Assembly: GCA_965262615.1 (NCBI GenBank)
Contig: OZ253545.1
Coordinates: 544,001-608,000, forward strand
Direction of reading: 5' to 3'
From: Alphaproteobacteria bacterium
Lineage (GTDB): Bacteria; Pseudomonadota; Alphaproteobacteria; GM7ARS4; G965262615
DNA length: 64,000 nt
Part shown: positions 22,001 through 29,976 of the stretch, one piece after another
Layout of the letters: each line of letters begins with the position of its first letter
How positions within the stretch are numbered: the first letter of the stretch is position 1
Program-made: the position numbers and the translations under genes
Notes under the pieces: generated by a model
Database searches by the model: none
Told to the model about the DNA's origin: nothing
What the model saw: the letters and a program-made list of their open reading frames with translations, nothing else

Positions 22001-22010
22001 GTGGGATTTT

Positions 22011-22202
22011 TTATTTTTTCCCTTTAATAATTCTGTAGATGACGCGCATATCCTCCACGCTGACATCATCACCCACACTGCGCGCCATGCCGGTGGCGTG
22101 AGCAACAATACGCTCTTCGCGGTCTTTTTCCGTTGTCGGTATGCTTTTGACATACTTCACAAGCTCTTCTCGGGTCATATCTTTAATTTTCTTGTTCATC
22201 AT
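22011..22202 (-). CDS. Small helical protein, putative Fic antitoxin
   Basis: 63 aa, strong SD (AAGGAG) upstream, ends 10 bp before the Fic start. Confidence 0.6.
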   Translation of the reverse strand: MMNKKIKDMTREELVKYVKSIPTTEKDREERIVAHATGMARSVGDDVSVEDMRVIYRIIKGKK

Positions 22203-22281
22203 GGGGTCTCCTTGTTCGTGGCTTTGTAATTCTATGTTACAGCGAAAATCAAGCCGTTACAAGACGGAATTTCATGTGTTT

Positions 22282-23211
22282 TTATGAGAATGCAAGGGTG
22301 ACTTTCCGCACTTCCTCGCAAATCGCGTCATGGGCGGGGGTGGCGATGCCGTGTTGATGTCCGAGCTGCACCACCCGTTGCGATAGCCATTGCAATTCCA
22401 GTGGTCGTCCCAGACGGGCATCACGCGCCATAGAGGAATCATAATCGGCAGGAAACGATGCGAAGCGTTTTTGCCATTCATCGGCTGATGATGCCACCGA
22501 TGAGATTCCCATCGCATTCGCAATGGCGGCGGTTTCGTGCATGGCGGCGCAAAACAATTGCCACAAGTCGTCATCATCACGAATCGCGCCGATGGGCTTT
22601 TGTGCCATTGTGGTGACGCCACTGAACGCCGTAAGGAAAATGAACTTGTCCCAAAGCATGGTGGTCATATCATCATGCTGGCGGATGGGCAGGTCATCAT
22701 TGTGCCATGTGCGCTGGATGATGGCGGCTTGGGATGCGCGAGGCGCAGGTGCTTGATAAAAAAAGCGCGCCAGCGTGCCCTTCCTATAAATGACACCGGG
22801 CTCTTCAACATAAGAGACAATATGCACCGTGCCCCATCCCACACAGTCATGATGTTTGGACGGCAGCGCGCTCACCACCATATCATGAGCATCAATGCCA
22901 TTTTGCAAGGGGATGATGAGACTGCCCTCGTGCAGACAGCTCGGCAGGGCGGCACTCACTTCAGCGAGGTCGCCCAGTTTGGTGGTGAGCAGAACAACAT
23001 CGGCAGTGGTCACCTCGTTGGGTGAGCTCACCACCGTGACGGCATGATGGTGCACGGGCGGTGCGTCATCCCCCCGCAGAGTCAAGCCGTTGTGGCGCAA
23101 GGCATCGCCATGGCTTCCACGCGCCACCAGAGTCACGGTGTAGCCCTTGTGGACAAAAAGACCGCCAAACCAGCCGCCAACGCCCCCCGCGCCAACAATG
23201 ACAATGTGCAT
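22282..23211 (-). CDS. panE: Ketopantoate reductase
   Basis: VGAGGVGG, LQNG, LWDKF, SSMARD...PLE. Confidence 0.88.
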   Translation of the reverse strand: MHIVIVGAGGVGGWFGGLFVHKGYTVTLVARGSHGDALRHNGLTLRGDDAPPVHHHAVTVVSSPNEVTTADVVLLTTKLGDLAEVSAALPSCLHEGSLIIPLQNGIDAHDMVVSALPSKHHDCVGWGTVHIVSYVEEPGVIYRKGTLARFFYQAPAPRASQAAIIQRTWHNDDLPIRQHDDMTTMLWDKFIFLTAFSGVTTMAQKPIGAIRDDDDLWQLFCAAMHETAAIANAMGISSVASSADEWQKRFASFPADYDSSMARDARLGRPLELQWLSQRVVQLGHQHGIATPAHDAICEEVRKVTLAFS

Positions 23212-23212
23212 G

Positions 23213-23773
23213 TCAGGTTTTATGACTGCCCGCAATCAATTGACGCACCGCCTGTGGATAGAGGTGATGTTCTTTTGCTAACACGCGCGCCGCCAGAGAA
23301 TCGGGAGTGTCATGTTTGTGGACAGTGACGGTTTCTTGGGCAATGGTTGCGCCACCATCCAGTTTGGATGTCACATGATGCACCGTGCAGCCGCTTGTGT
23401 CGTCACCACTGGCAAGCACTCGCTCATGGACACGAAGTCCCTTATGGCGTGGCAGCAAGGAAGGATGAATGTTCACGATGGGCTTGTTCCATTGGTGCAA
23501 AAAATAACCGCTGAGAATCGTCATGAAGCCCGCAAGACAGATGATGTCAATGGCGTGTTCATGAAGACACGCAAGAAGTGCGTCATCATCACTGATGATG
23601 TGGGTAGGAATGTGATGGTCGCGCGCCAGTGCAAGCCCAGAGGCATCCCGTTTGTCACTCACCAAAAGAGATACTTTTGCGGGATAGTCATCATCGTGTG
23701 TCGCGGCAACAAGCGCACGAGCATTGCTTCCTCTGCCCGATATGAAAATAGCGAGATTTTTTTTAGCCATCAT
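23213..23773 (-). CDS. purN: Phosphoribosylglycinamide formyltransferase
   Basis: ISGRGSN, LAGFM, NIHPSLLP, GCTVHHV...DGG. Confidence 0.95.
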   Translation of the reverse strand: MMAKKNLAIFISGRGSNARALVAATHDDDYPAKVSLLVSDKRDASGLALARDHHIPTHIISDDDALLACLHEHAIDIICLAGFMTILSGYFLHQWNKPIVNIHPSLLPRHKGLRVHERVLASGDDTSGCTVHHVTSKLDGGATIAQETVTVHKHDTPDSLAARVLAKEHHLYPQAVRQLIAGSHKT

Positions 23774-24839
23774 GGACGACATCCCCCACCACAAACGCGC
23801 CCTCATTGCGCCACAGCTTCAGCAATTCATCGGGATGCTCAGTGACCGCCACCATGCCCACACCGCCATTGAAGGTGGCAAAAAGGGTGTCATCATCCAT
23901 CGCTCCCAGCTGTTGCAGCCATGTGAAAACCGGCTGACGCTCAAAAGAATTCCAATCGGGGCGCGCCACAAGATGCGGCGGCAGGCTGCGTTTGATGTTG
24001 CCAAAAAATCCGCCCCCCGTGATATGAGCCAAAGACTTCACGAGTTCATGCTTCACAGCTTCGCAGGTGGCGTTGGCATACAGCCGCGTCGGCGTGAGCA
24101 AAATATGCCGCAGGCTGAATGTGTCATCAAAGGGAGCGGGGGCATCCAAATCAATGGCATTTCTTGTGATGAGATGACGAATCAAGGAGAAGCCATTGGC
24201 ATGGCATCCGGACGAGGGCAGTGCCACAAGTGTATCACCCTCACGAACAGACGACAGATTGAAGAAATTCTCTCGTGTTGCGCGCTCCATCGCCCCCACG
24301 GCAAAGCCGGCAATATCAAAGCGTCCCTGAGGATAAAATCCCGGCATTTCCGCCGTCTCACCACCAATGAGCGTTGTTTTCACCCGTTTACAGGCATCAC
24401 TGATGCCGCGGATGAGGTGAGTGATGGCATCCTTATCCAGTCGCTCACAGGCGATGTAGTCTAAAAAAAACAACGGCTCGCCGCCCGATGCGGCAATATC
24501 ATTGACACACATCGCCACTAAGTCTTGACCCAAATCACGCAAAGCTTGAGCGCGCTCGTTTTGAGGTGCGTCTTCGGCAAGCATCAATTTCGTGCCCACG
24601 CCATCCGCCGCCGCCAGCAACAGAGGGTCTGTGTAGCCACATTTTTTGAGATCAAAAAGAGCAGCAAAGTCGCCCGTTCCAATTACATTGTCGTCTGCAC
24701 CATCACGCTTCGTCTTGGCTGCTTGCGGAGCAATGACCGTTGCGATCAAAGAATCCGCCTCTTGCACATGGACACCCGCCTCACCATAAGAATCATAAGG
24801 GTGAGAAGAAATTGGTTCTCTGTCGTCAAAAGCATTCAT
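23763..24839 (-). CDS. purM: Phosphoribosylformylglycinamidine cyclo-ligase
   Basis: DGVGTK, DLVAMCVND, PLFFLDY, GGETAEMPG, AHITGGG, TFNGGVG. Confidence 0.95.
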   Translation of the reverse strand: MNAFDDREPISSHPYDSYGEAGVHVQEADSLIATVIAPQAAKTKRDGADDNVIGTGDFAALFDLKKCGYTDPLLLAAADGVGTKLMLAEDAPQNERAQALRDLGQDLVAMCVNDIAASGGEPLFFLDYIACERLDKDAITHLIRGISDACKRVKTTLIGGETAEMPGFYPQGRFDIAGFAVGAMERATRENFFNLSSVREGDTLVALPSSGCHANGFSLIRHLITRNAIDLDAPAPFDDTFSLRHILLTPTRLYANATCEAVKHELVKSLAHITGGGFFGNIKRSLPPHLVARPDWNSFERQPVFTWLQQLGAMDDDTLFATFNGGVGMVAVTEHPDELLKLWRNEGAFVVGDVVHDG

Positions 24840-24969
24840 GGTGACACTCACACGAAAGATAGAGCAATTGATGGCTCTTGTCAAAAAAATCACCGACAAT
24901 TCATCACAGGTTGTCAAATGAAGACTAGATTGACAATAAAGGCATGACTGACGATAACCAATACCAATT

Positions 24970-26340
24970 ATGACTGCGCGCTTTTTACTTTCAATTCGCC
25001 ATGTGTTTTTTTTGTTGATGCTCAGCGCGCTAATTCTGCCGTCATCGGGCTTGAGTTTTCAGGGACAAGAATTATTCACGGTGCGGGATCTCACCATTGA
25101 AAAACGCATTGGCGAGAAAGAGGAGGCGGCAAGCGTCAAACGGGCGCGCGTTTTGGCACTGCAAGAGGGACGCATTCGCGCCTATCGGCGATTGCTGGAG
25201 ACGCTCATTCCCGATGAAGAGGTGGATTCTCTGCTGATTTTGAACGGTGAGGACATTCAAATTTTATTGCGCGATGTGGAGATTAAACAAGAGGTTGCCA
25301 CGAAGGATTTTTATCGGGTGACCACTCATTGGCATTTTGAGCCCGAGCTGGTGGTGTCATTGCTCAAACAGAGTGACAAGCCTTATTTGAGTCGTGCGCC
25401 GTTTCATATGCTGCTTGTTCCCTTGCTGCGCGGCGGCGTGGATGTGATGGGACACACTTTGTGGAGCGAGGCATGGCGCAATCTCACACAAAAAAGAGGC
25501 ATTATTTCCTATGAGCTCTATGATGACAACCGCGCCCGTCTGCCCATCAGTTGGGATGAGCTGTTGGCGAGCGAATTGCCTCATTACAAGGGGGGCATTT
25601 TTGTGCCACTGGCGGAATTGTTTCTTGATGCAGACGGCGACACCGATGCCGCCGTTGTGAAAAGTTTGGTGATCAAACCCGATGGCAGCAGGGATTATAT
25701 TTTATCCGACAGTGTTCTCAATGTGTTGCGTCATGAGGGTGAGAGCGAGCAAGATTTTTATGAACGCAGTGCGGCGGTGCTCTATAAGCACATGGCAAAT
25801 CGTTGGAAGCGGGCGTATCGCATTGACCATGAGTCGCGCATCATTCCCGTCACGGCATCAGTGCGCTATGACGGACTCAAGGAGTGGCTGGCGTTGCGCA
25901 AGAATTTATCCCTCATTCCTGTGTTGGATGATTTTCAGGTGGAGAATGTCACCGCCAGCGGCGCGGTTGTCACATTCAATGTGGTGACGGCGTTGGATGA
26001 TTTGCGTTTGCACTTGCGAGGCTTGGGTCTGTCTTTGGGGCGCACCAATGACGGGTGGGTGATTGACCATGGCACACAGGAGCAAAAAAAGCGCACCGCT
26101 CAGTCGTATTCTTTTGAAAGCGAATTTTTGAATGAGGATGAGGCGGAGCGTCTGTATGAGGCGGCGCGTCAATTTCAGAATGAGGAGATTCCTCTGGCGA
26201 CAAAAGAGGATGCCGATGCCCAGCAACAACAAGCCGATGATGACCTCTGGTCGCGCCTGTTCAGCAGTGGTGTCAAGGAAGATGATTTCAAAAACGCGCC
26301 CAAGCCCGACCGTCTGCCGCCGTTCTTTTGGGATTTATGA
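24970..26340 (+). CDS. Exported protein, DUF2066-like
   Basis: Signal peptide, ELFTVRDLTI...AR..AL..G...A...L. Sits divergent from purM, as DUF2066 genes do in Alphaproteobacteria. Confidence 0.55.
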   Translation: MTARFLLSIRHVFFLLMLSALILPSSGLSFQGQELFTVRDLTIEKRIGEKEEAASVKRARVLALQEGRIRAYRRLLETLIPDEEVDSLLILNGEDIQILLRDVEIKQEVATKDFYRVTTHWHFEPELVVSLLKQSDKPYLSRAPFHMLLVPLLRGGVDVMGHTLWSEAWRNLTQKRGIISYELYDDNRARLPISWDELLASELPHYKGGIFVPLAELFLDADGDTDAAVVKSLVIKPDGSRDYILSDSVLNVLRHEGESEQDFYERSAAVLYKHMANRWKRAYRIDHESRIIPVTASVRYDGLKEWLALRKNLSLIPVLDDFQVENVTASGAVVTFNVVTALDDLRLHLRGLGLSLGRTNDGWVIDHGTQEQKKRTAQSYSFESEFLNEDEAERLYEAARQFQNEEIPLATKEDADAQQQQADDDLWSRLFSSGVKEDDFKNAPKPDRLPPFFWDL

Positions 26341-26573
26341 GCGCGCCATTGGAGCTTGATTTGCGCGCTGAGCGATGCCCTCTGACTTTTGTGCGGGTGC
26401 GCCTGTTGCTGGAATCCATGCCCCTCAATGCCGCCGCCACCCTGTTGCTGGCAACCGATGATGGCGACAGCATTCGCGAATCATTGGTGCGGGAAGGTCA
26501 CGCCATTGACATAGAGGAGAAAAAAGACGGGCATATCCGCCTTGTGTTTTGCAAAAAGGTGGATGAAGGGTGA
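26337..26573 (+). CDS. Sulfurtransferase TusA family protein
   Basis: LDLRAERCPLTFVRVRLLLE. Confidence 0.82.
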   Translation: MSAPLELDLRAERCPLTFVRVRLLLESMPLNAAATLLLATDDGDSIRESLVREGHAIDIEEKKDGHIRLVFCKKVDEG

Positions 26574-26658
26574 TGACACAAAATCTTGTTTTTTCTTGTT
26601 TTTGAGCGTATGGTGACGGTGCAAAAGTTGTCACAGTCTGATTTATGCGTAAGCATAA

Positions 26659-26760
26659 GTCGGGCTTCTTATTGAATACAAGACCCGACCCCGAATGCTT
26701 GCGTTCGGTGGGGGGAATAGATAGGAGTCAGCCACTGTGATGACTTTTGCAAAGCCCGAC
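26659..26760 (+). ncRNA. c4-antisense-like cloverleaf RNA, copy 1, with flanking target sites
   Basis: P1 GTCGGGCTT/AAGCCCGAC; P2 CTTATT-GAATACAAGACC-[hairpin]-GGGAATA-GATAGG; P3 AGTCA-GCCACTGTGA-TGACT; single-stranded TTTGC. Complementary sites GCAAAA..TCACAG lie upstream (26621-26637) and downstream (26777-26795, over the SD AGGAG). Upstream promoter-like TTGTTT-N17-TATGGT (26586-26614). Confidence 0.7.
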
Positions 26761-26802
26761 ATATGTTGGGTGTTTCGCAAAACTAAAGTCACAGGAGTTG
26801 TC

Positions 26803-26856
26803 ATGACACCTATCGCGTTTCAAAACACCACGCCATCACGACCCTCTCTTTCCTAA
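26803..26856 (+). pseudogene. 17-codon ORF MTPIAFQNTTPSRPSLS, possible truncated phage antirepressor start
   Basis: SD AGGAG overlaps the c4 target site. The MT.I.FQNTT start resembles BRO/P22-type antirepressor N-termini that follow c4 elements (recalled, not searched). Confidence 0.4.
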
Positions 26857-26865
26857 AGTGAATGA

Positions 26866-26979
26866 GTCGGGTTGCCTGCTGAATACAAGACCTAATAGCG
26901 AAATAGGGAAATAGGCAGGTGTTTCATCGCCTCGTTGCGAACGCCACTCGGTGAGGTTGAAATCTGGCGGCGACCCGAC
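26866..26979 (+). ncRNA. c4-antisense-like RNA, copy 2
   Basis: P1 GTCGGGTTGCC/GGCGACCCGAC; same TGAATACAAGACC...GGGAAATAG core closed by CCTGC/GCAGG (compensatory relative to copy 1); different P3. Followed by SD GGAGG and a 5-codon ORF MAQNP. Confidence 0.6.
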
Positions 26980-27018
26980 ATATCAAAAAATTGGAGGAAG
27001 TGTCAATGGCACAAAACC

Positions 27019-27047
27019 CTTGACTTCTGCACTCAATTGGACATATC
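27019..27047 (+). promoter_or_regulatory. Putative promoter of hicB-like gene 1
   Basis: CTTGAC-N17-CATATC, alphaproteobacterial-type. The spacer contains ACTCAATTGGA, also seen in the holin repeats. Confidence 0.5.
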
Positions 27048-27100
27048 TTCTTGGTATCGTGGTAAGTTTCCTGCTACGAAGTCACAAATTGGAGAGGGAC

Positions 27101-27487
27101 ATGACCGTTTCGGTTTCACAACAAACGAAGCAATCGCCACAAAATCATAAGATCAACCTGAATGCTTTGTGCATTGAGGAATGGGAGGATTCGTGGGCAG
27201 CCGTTGGGATAAAGCATTACATTGTTGCTCAAGGCGACAGTGCTGGTGAAGCTGTGAGCAATCTTGCGAAAATCTTAATAGCTCAGTATGCCTATGATTA
27301 TTTGAAAGGGAGGAAGCCCCTTGCTGACTTTTCTGAAGCCCCCAGTGACTATCAAAAAAGATTTGAAAATGCTTCTGAGGAATTCAAGCCCCCCATTCCA
27401 AAGGTGACCGTGAACGGAAGCTTGCAAGCATTGTCTGGAGATTTGGGTTTTAGTGTGTGCGATTGCAAAATTGAACGCAAAAGATAA
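27101..27487 (+). CDS. HicB-like protein (no obvious DNA-binding domain), copy 1
   Basis: WAAVGIKHYIVAQGDSAGEAVSNL resembles the HicB partial RNase-H fold (..QG.T..EA..NL). SD GGAGAGGG. Confidence 0.65.
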   Translation: MTVSVSQQTKQSPQNHKINLNALCIEEWEDSWAAVGIKHYIVAQGDSAGEAVSNLAKILIAQYAYDYLKGRKPLADFSEAPSDYQKRFENASEEFKPPIPKVTVNGSLQALSGDLGFSVCDCKIERKR

Positions 27488-27618
27488 AGAGCATTCAGTG
27501 AGTTGAGCTCACAAGCATTGCACTCGCGGCAGTGCCTCCTCGTTTGCTACAATCTTTTTTCCATTGTGCCGAAGCCTTCCGTATGGGTTTTTCGTCAAGA
27601 TTTTGAACATAGTAAGGG

Positions 27619-27948
27619 ATGAGGGTTATGGTGGTGGAAAACGATAGAAGTTGGTTAAGGTGGTTTACGATGCGCTCGTTCGTTGCTATAGCGATGGTAA
27701 GGGGGTATTGCGAGGAAATTTCAGACACAACAAAAATGGGTTGTAATATTGAGATTGATGGAGCACCTTCTAAGACAGATTTATTGAAGGGGAAAAAGAC
27801 AGGTAATACTCTCTTCGTGCCAGATAGCGAGTTAGATAAGAAATTAGATAAGGAAAAGATTAGGTGGTTATGTGAGCATTTTGGAATTCCTCAAGGCGAA
27901 TTTGATTATGTCATGGAACACCTTGCTGAGTCGTCCGCGGACAATTGA
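27619..27948 (+). CDS. Divergent HicA-like protein, copy 1
   Basis: C-terminal VP....KKLDKEKIRWLCEHFGIP..EF resembles the HicA C-terminal helix. Aligns by eye with 46818..47039. Confidence 0.5.
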   Translation: MRVMVVENDRSWLRWFTMRSFVAIAMVRGYCEEISDTTKMGCNIEIDGAPSKTDLLKGKKTGNTLFVPDSELDKKLDKEKIRWLCEHFGIPQGEFDYVMEHLAESSADN

Positions 27949-27965
27949 GATGAGGGCAACTGTTT

Positions 27966-29003
27966 TTACGGCGCAGGGTTTGGATTGTCTTTGTGAATTT
28001 CGGCAATGGCATCCATGACTTCTTGTGACAATGTCACCTCACTGCTGGCAATGTTGCTTTTGAGCTGGTCCATTGTGGTTGCGCCAATGATGTTGCTGGT
28101 GACAAACGGCTGCTGATTGATCAATGCCAGTGCCATCTGTGCAGGGTCAATGCCGTGTTTTTGTGCCACATCAAGATAGGCATCGGTTGCCCGCACGGCA
28201 CGAGGCTGAACATACCGCTTAAACTGCTCGCCGAACAATGTCAGACGCGCCCCTTTGGGTTTGTTGCCGCCTTTGTATTTTCCCGTCAAAACGCCAAAAG
28301 CCAACGGTGAATAAGCCAGCAAGCCGCACTGCTCTTTGATTGCCATCTCCGCGAGGCCCACCTCAAAGGTGCGATTGAGCAGGTTGTAGGGATTTTGCAC
28401 CGACTGCACCCGCGGCACATCACGGCTGGCGGCTTCGTTCAAAAAGCGCATCACTCCCCACGGTGTCTCATTGGACAAGCCGATATGACGAATCTTGCCT
28501 TCTTTGCGCAGTGTTTGCAGGGCATCCAGCTGCTCGCCGATGGGAACGGAGCGATCATCGGGGTTGTGGGCGTAATCCAATTGACCAAAAAAATTGGTGC
28601 TGCGGTCGGGCCAATGGAGTTGGTAGAGGTCAATCACATCGGTTTGCAATCGCTTGAGGCTGCCCTCCACCGCCTCACTGATGTTTTTGCCATCAAGACA
28701 GCTGCCGTCACGAATCCAAGGAATGCCCGACCGACCCGTGACCTTGCTGGCAAGAATGACCTTGTCACGACAACCACGCTCCTTGAACCAATTGCCAATC
28801 ATGCGTTCGGTCTCGCCTGAGGTGTCCGCCTTGGGCGGCACGGGATAGAGCTCGGCGGCATCAAAAAAATTGACACCCGCCTCAAGGGCGTAATCCATCT
28901 GAGCAAAGGCTTCCTCTTGCGTGTTCTGCTGACCCCAGGTCATGGTGCCGAGGCAAATCACGCTCACATTGAGACCACTGGTGCCGAGAGGACGATATTC
29001 CAT
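27966..29003 (-). CDS. tas: Aldo/keto reductase (Tas-like)
   Basis: CLGTMTWGQQN, DAAELYPVP, IDLYQLHWPDR, GLSNETPWG, QNPYNLLNR. Confidence 0.9.
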   Translation of the reverse strand: MEYRPLGTSGLNVSVICLGTMTWGQQNTQEEAFAQMDYALEAGVNFFDAAELYPVPPKADTSGETERMIGNWFKERGCRDKVILASKVTGRSGIPWIRDGSCLDGKNISEAVEGSLKRLQTDVIDLYQLHWPDRSTNFFGQLDYAHNPDDRSVPIGEQLDALQTLRKEGKIRHIGLSNETPWGVMRFLNEAASRDVPRVQSVQNPYNLLNRTFEVGLAEMAIKEQCGLLAYSPLAFGVLTGKYKGGNKPKGARLTLFGEQFKRYVQPRAVRATDAYLDVAQKHGIDPAQMALALINQQPFVTSNIIGATTMDQLKSNIASSEVTLSQEVMDAIAEIHKDNPNPAP

Positions 29004-29092
29004 ATCATCCTTATAGAGTTTTTTCACAGGTGCTTGCAAGTGGCTTTTTTTTTGTTATATTAAGTGTGTTGTTCAACCTCAAAAGGAGTTTA

Positions 29093-29839
29093 ATGATGCA
29101 AGAACACTATCGCTCTTCCGCCGTCAGTGCCAAGGTTGTGGACGCTGGTTTGCGATCTCACATGATTCGTGTTTATAATTTCATGGGGCTGGGTTTGTTT
29201 CTCAGTGCCGTTGTGGCATGGCTCGGCTTTGATGCCGCCGTGGTGACCGCAAGCGATGGCAGCATTATGGGAGTCACCGCCTTTGGTGCGATGCTGTTTG
29301 GCGGCGGGTTTCTCTCTGTTGTCCTGATGCTTGCCCCGCTGGGATTCATTCTGGCTTTGTCTTTTGGTGTCAATCGGTTTAGCTATGGCACATTGCAGAT
29401 GCTGTTTTGGTCTTTTGCGGCGGTCATGGGGCTGTCACTGTCCAGCATCTTTTTGGTGTATTCTCAGAGCTCCATCACGCAGGTGTTTCTCATCACCGGC
29501 ATCATGTTTACCTCCATGAGCCTTTATGGCTACACCACCAAAAAAGACCTCACCCGCATGGGCAGCTTTCTCTTTATGGGATTGATCGGAATTATTATTG
29601 CCAGTGTGGTGAATCTGTTTGTTGGCGGCAGTGCGTTGTCGTGGGCGATTTCGGTGTTGGCGGTGGTGATTTTCACGGGACTCACCGCTTATGACACTCA
29701 GATGATCAAGGCTCTGTATCATGAGGGTGATTCCTCCGACACGGCGGGCAAAAAAGCCCTGATGGGCGCGCTCAGTCTGTATCTGGACTTCATCAATATT
29801 TTCATCCATCTGCTGCGCCTGATTGGTGAAAGACGATAA
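29093..29839 (+). CDS. Bax inhibitor-1/YccA family membrane protein
   Basis: DAGLRSHMIRVYNFM, YGYTTKKDL, AYDTQ.IK, ALSLYLDFINIF. Confidence 0.92.
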   Translation: MMQEHYRSSAVSAKVVDAGLRSHMIRVYNFMGLGLFLSAVVAWLGFDAAVVTASDGSIMGVTAFGAMLFGGGFLSVVLMLAPLGFILALSFGVNRFSYGTLQMLFWSFAAVMGLSLSSIFLVYSQSSITQVFLITGIMFTSMSLYGYTTKKDLTRMGSFLFMGLIGIIIASVVNLFVGGSALSWAISVLAVVIFTGLTAYDTQMIKALYHEGDSSDTAGKKALMGALSLYLDFINIFIHLLRLIGERR

Positions 29840-29869
29840 AGAGGTGTGTTCCACTTTTCGCAACCCATG

Positions 29870-29897
29870 AGAAAGCCGCCCTGCAAGGCGGCTTTCT
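29870..29897 (+). terminator. Hairpin/terminator after the BI-1 gene
   Basis: AGAAAGCCGCC-CTGCAA-GGCGGCTTTCT perfect inverted repeat. Confidence 0.7.
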
Positions 29898-29976
29898 TGT
29901 GTGCAATGTGGTTGAAAACAGAGTTTTTTTATTTTATAGTGAGGCTCTTGCCGCTGGATTATAGGAGGAGCGAGCG

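Noticed and set aside
26621-26979. Retron msr-msd or CRISPR mini-array
   Set aside because: There is no RT or cas gene nearby. The two units share only short cores with covarying stems rather than identical repeats, and the layout fits c4-type antisense RNAs better.
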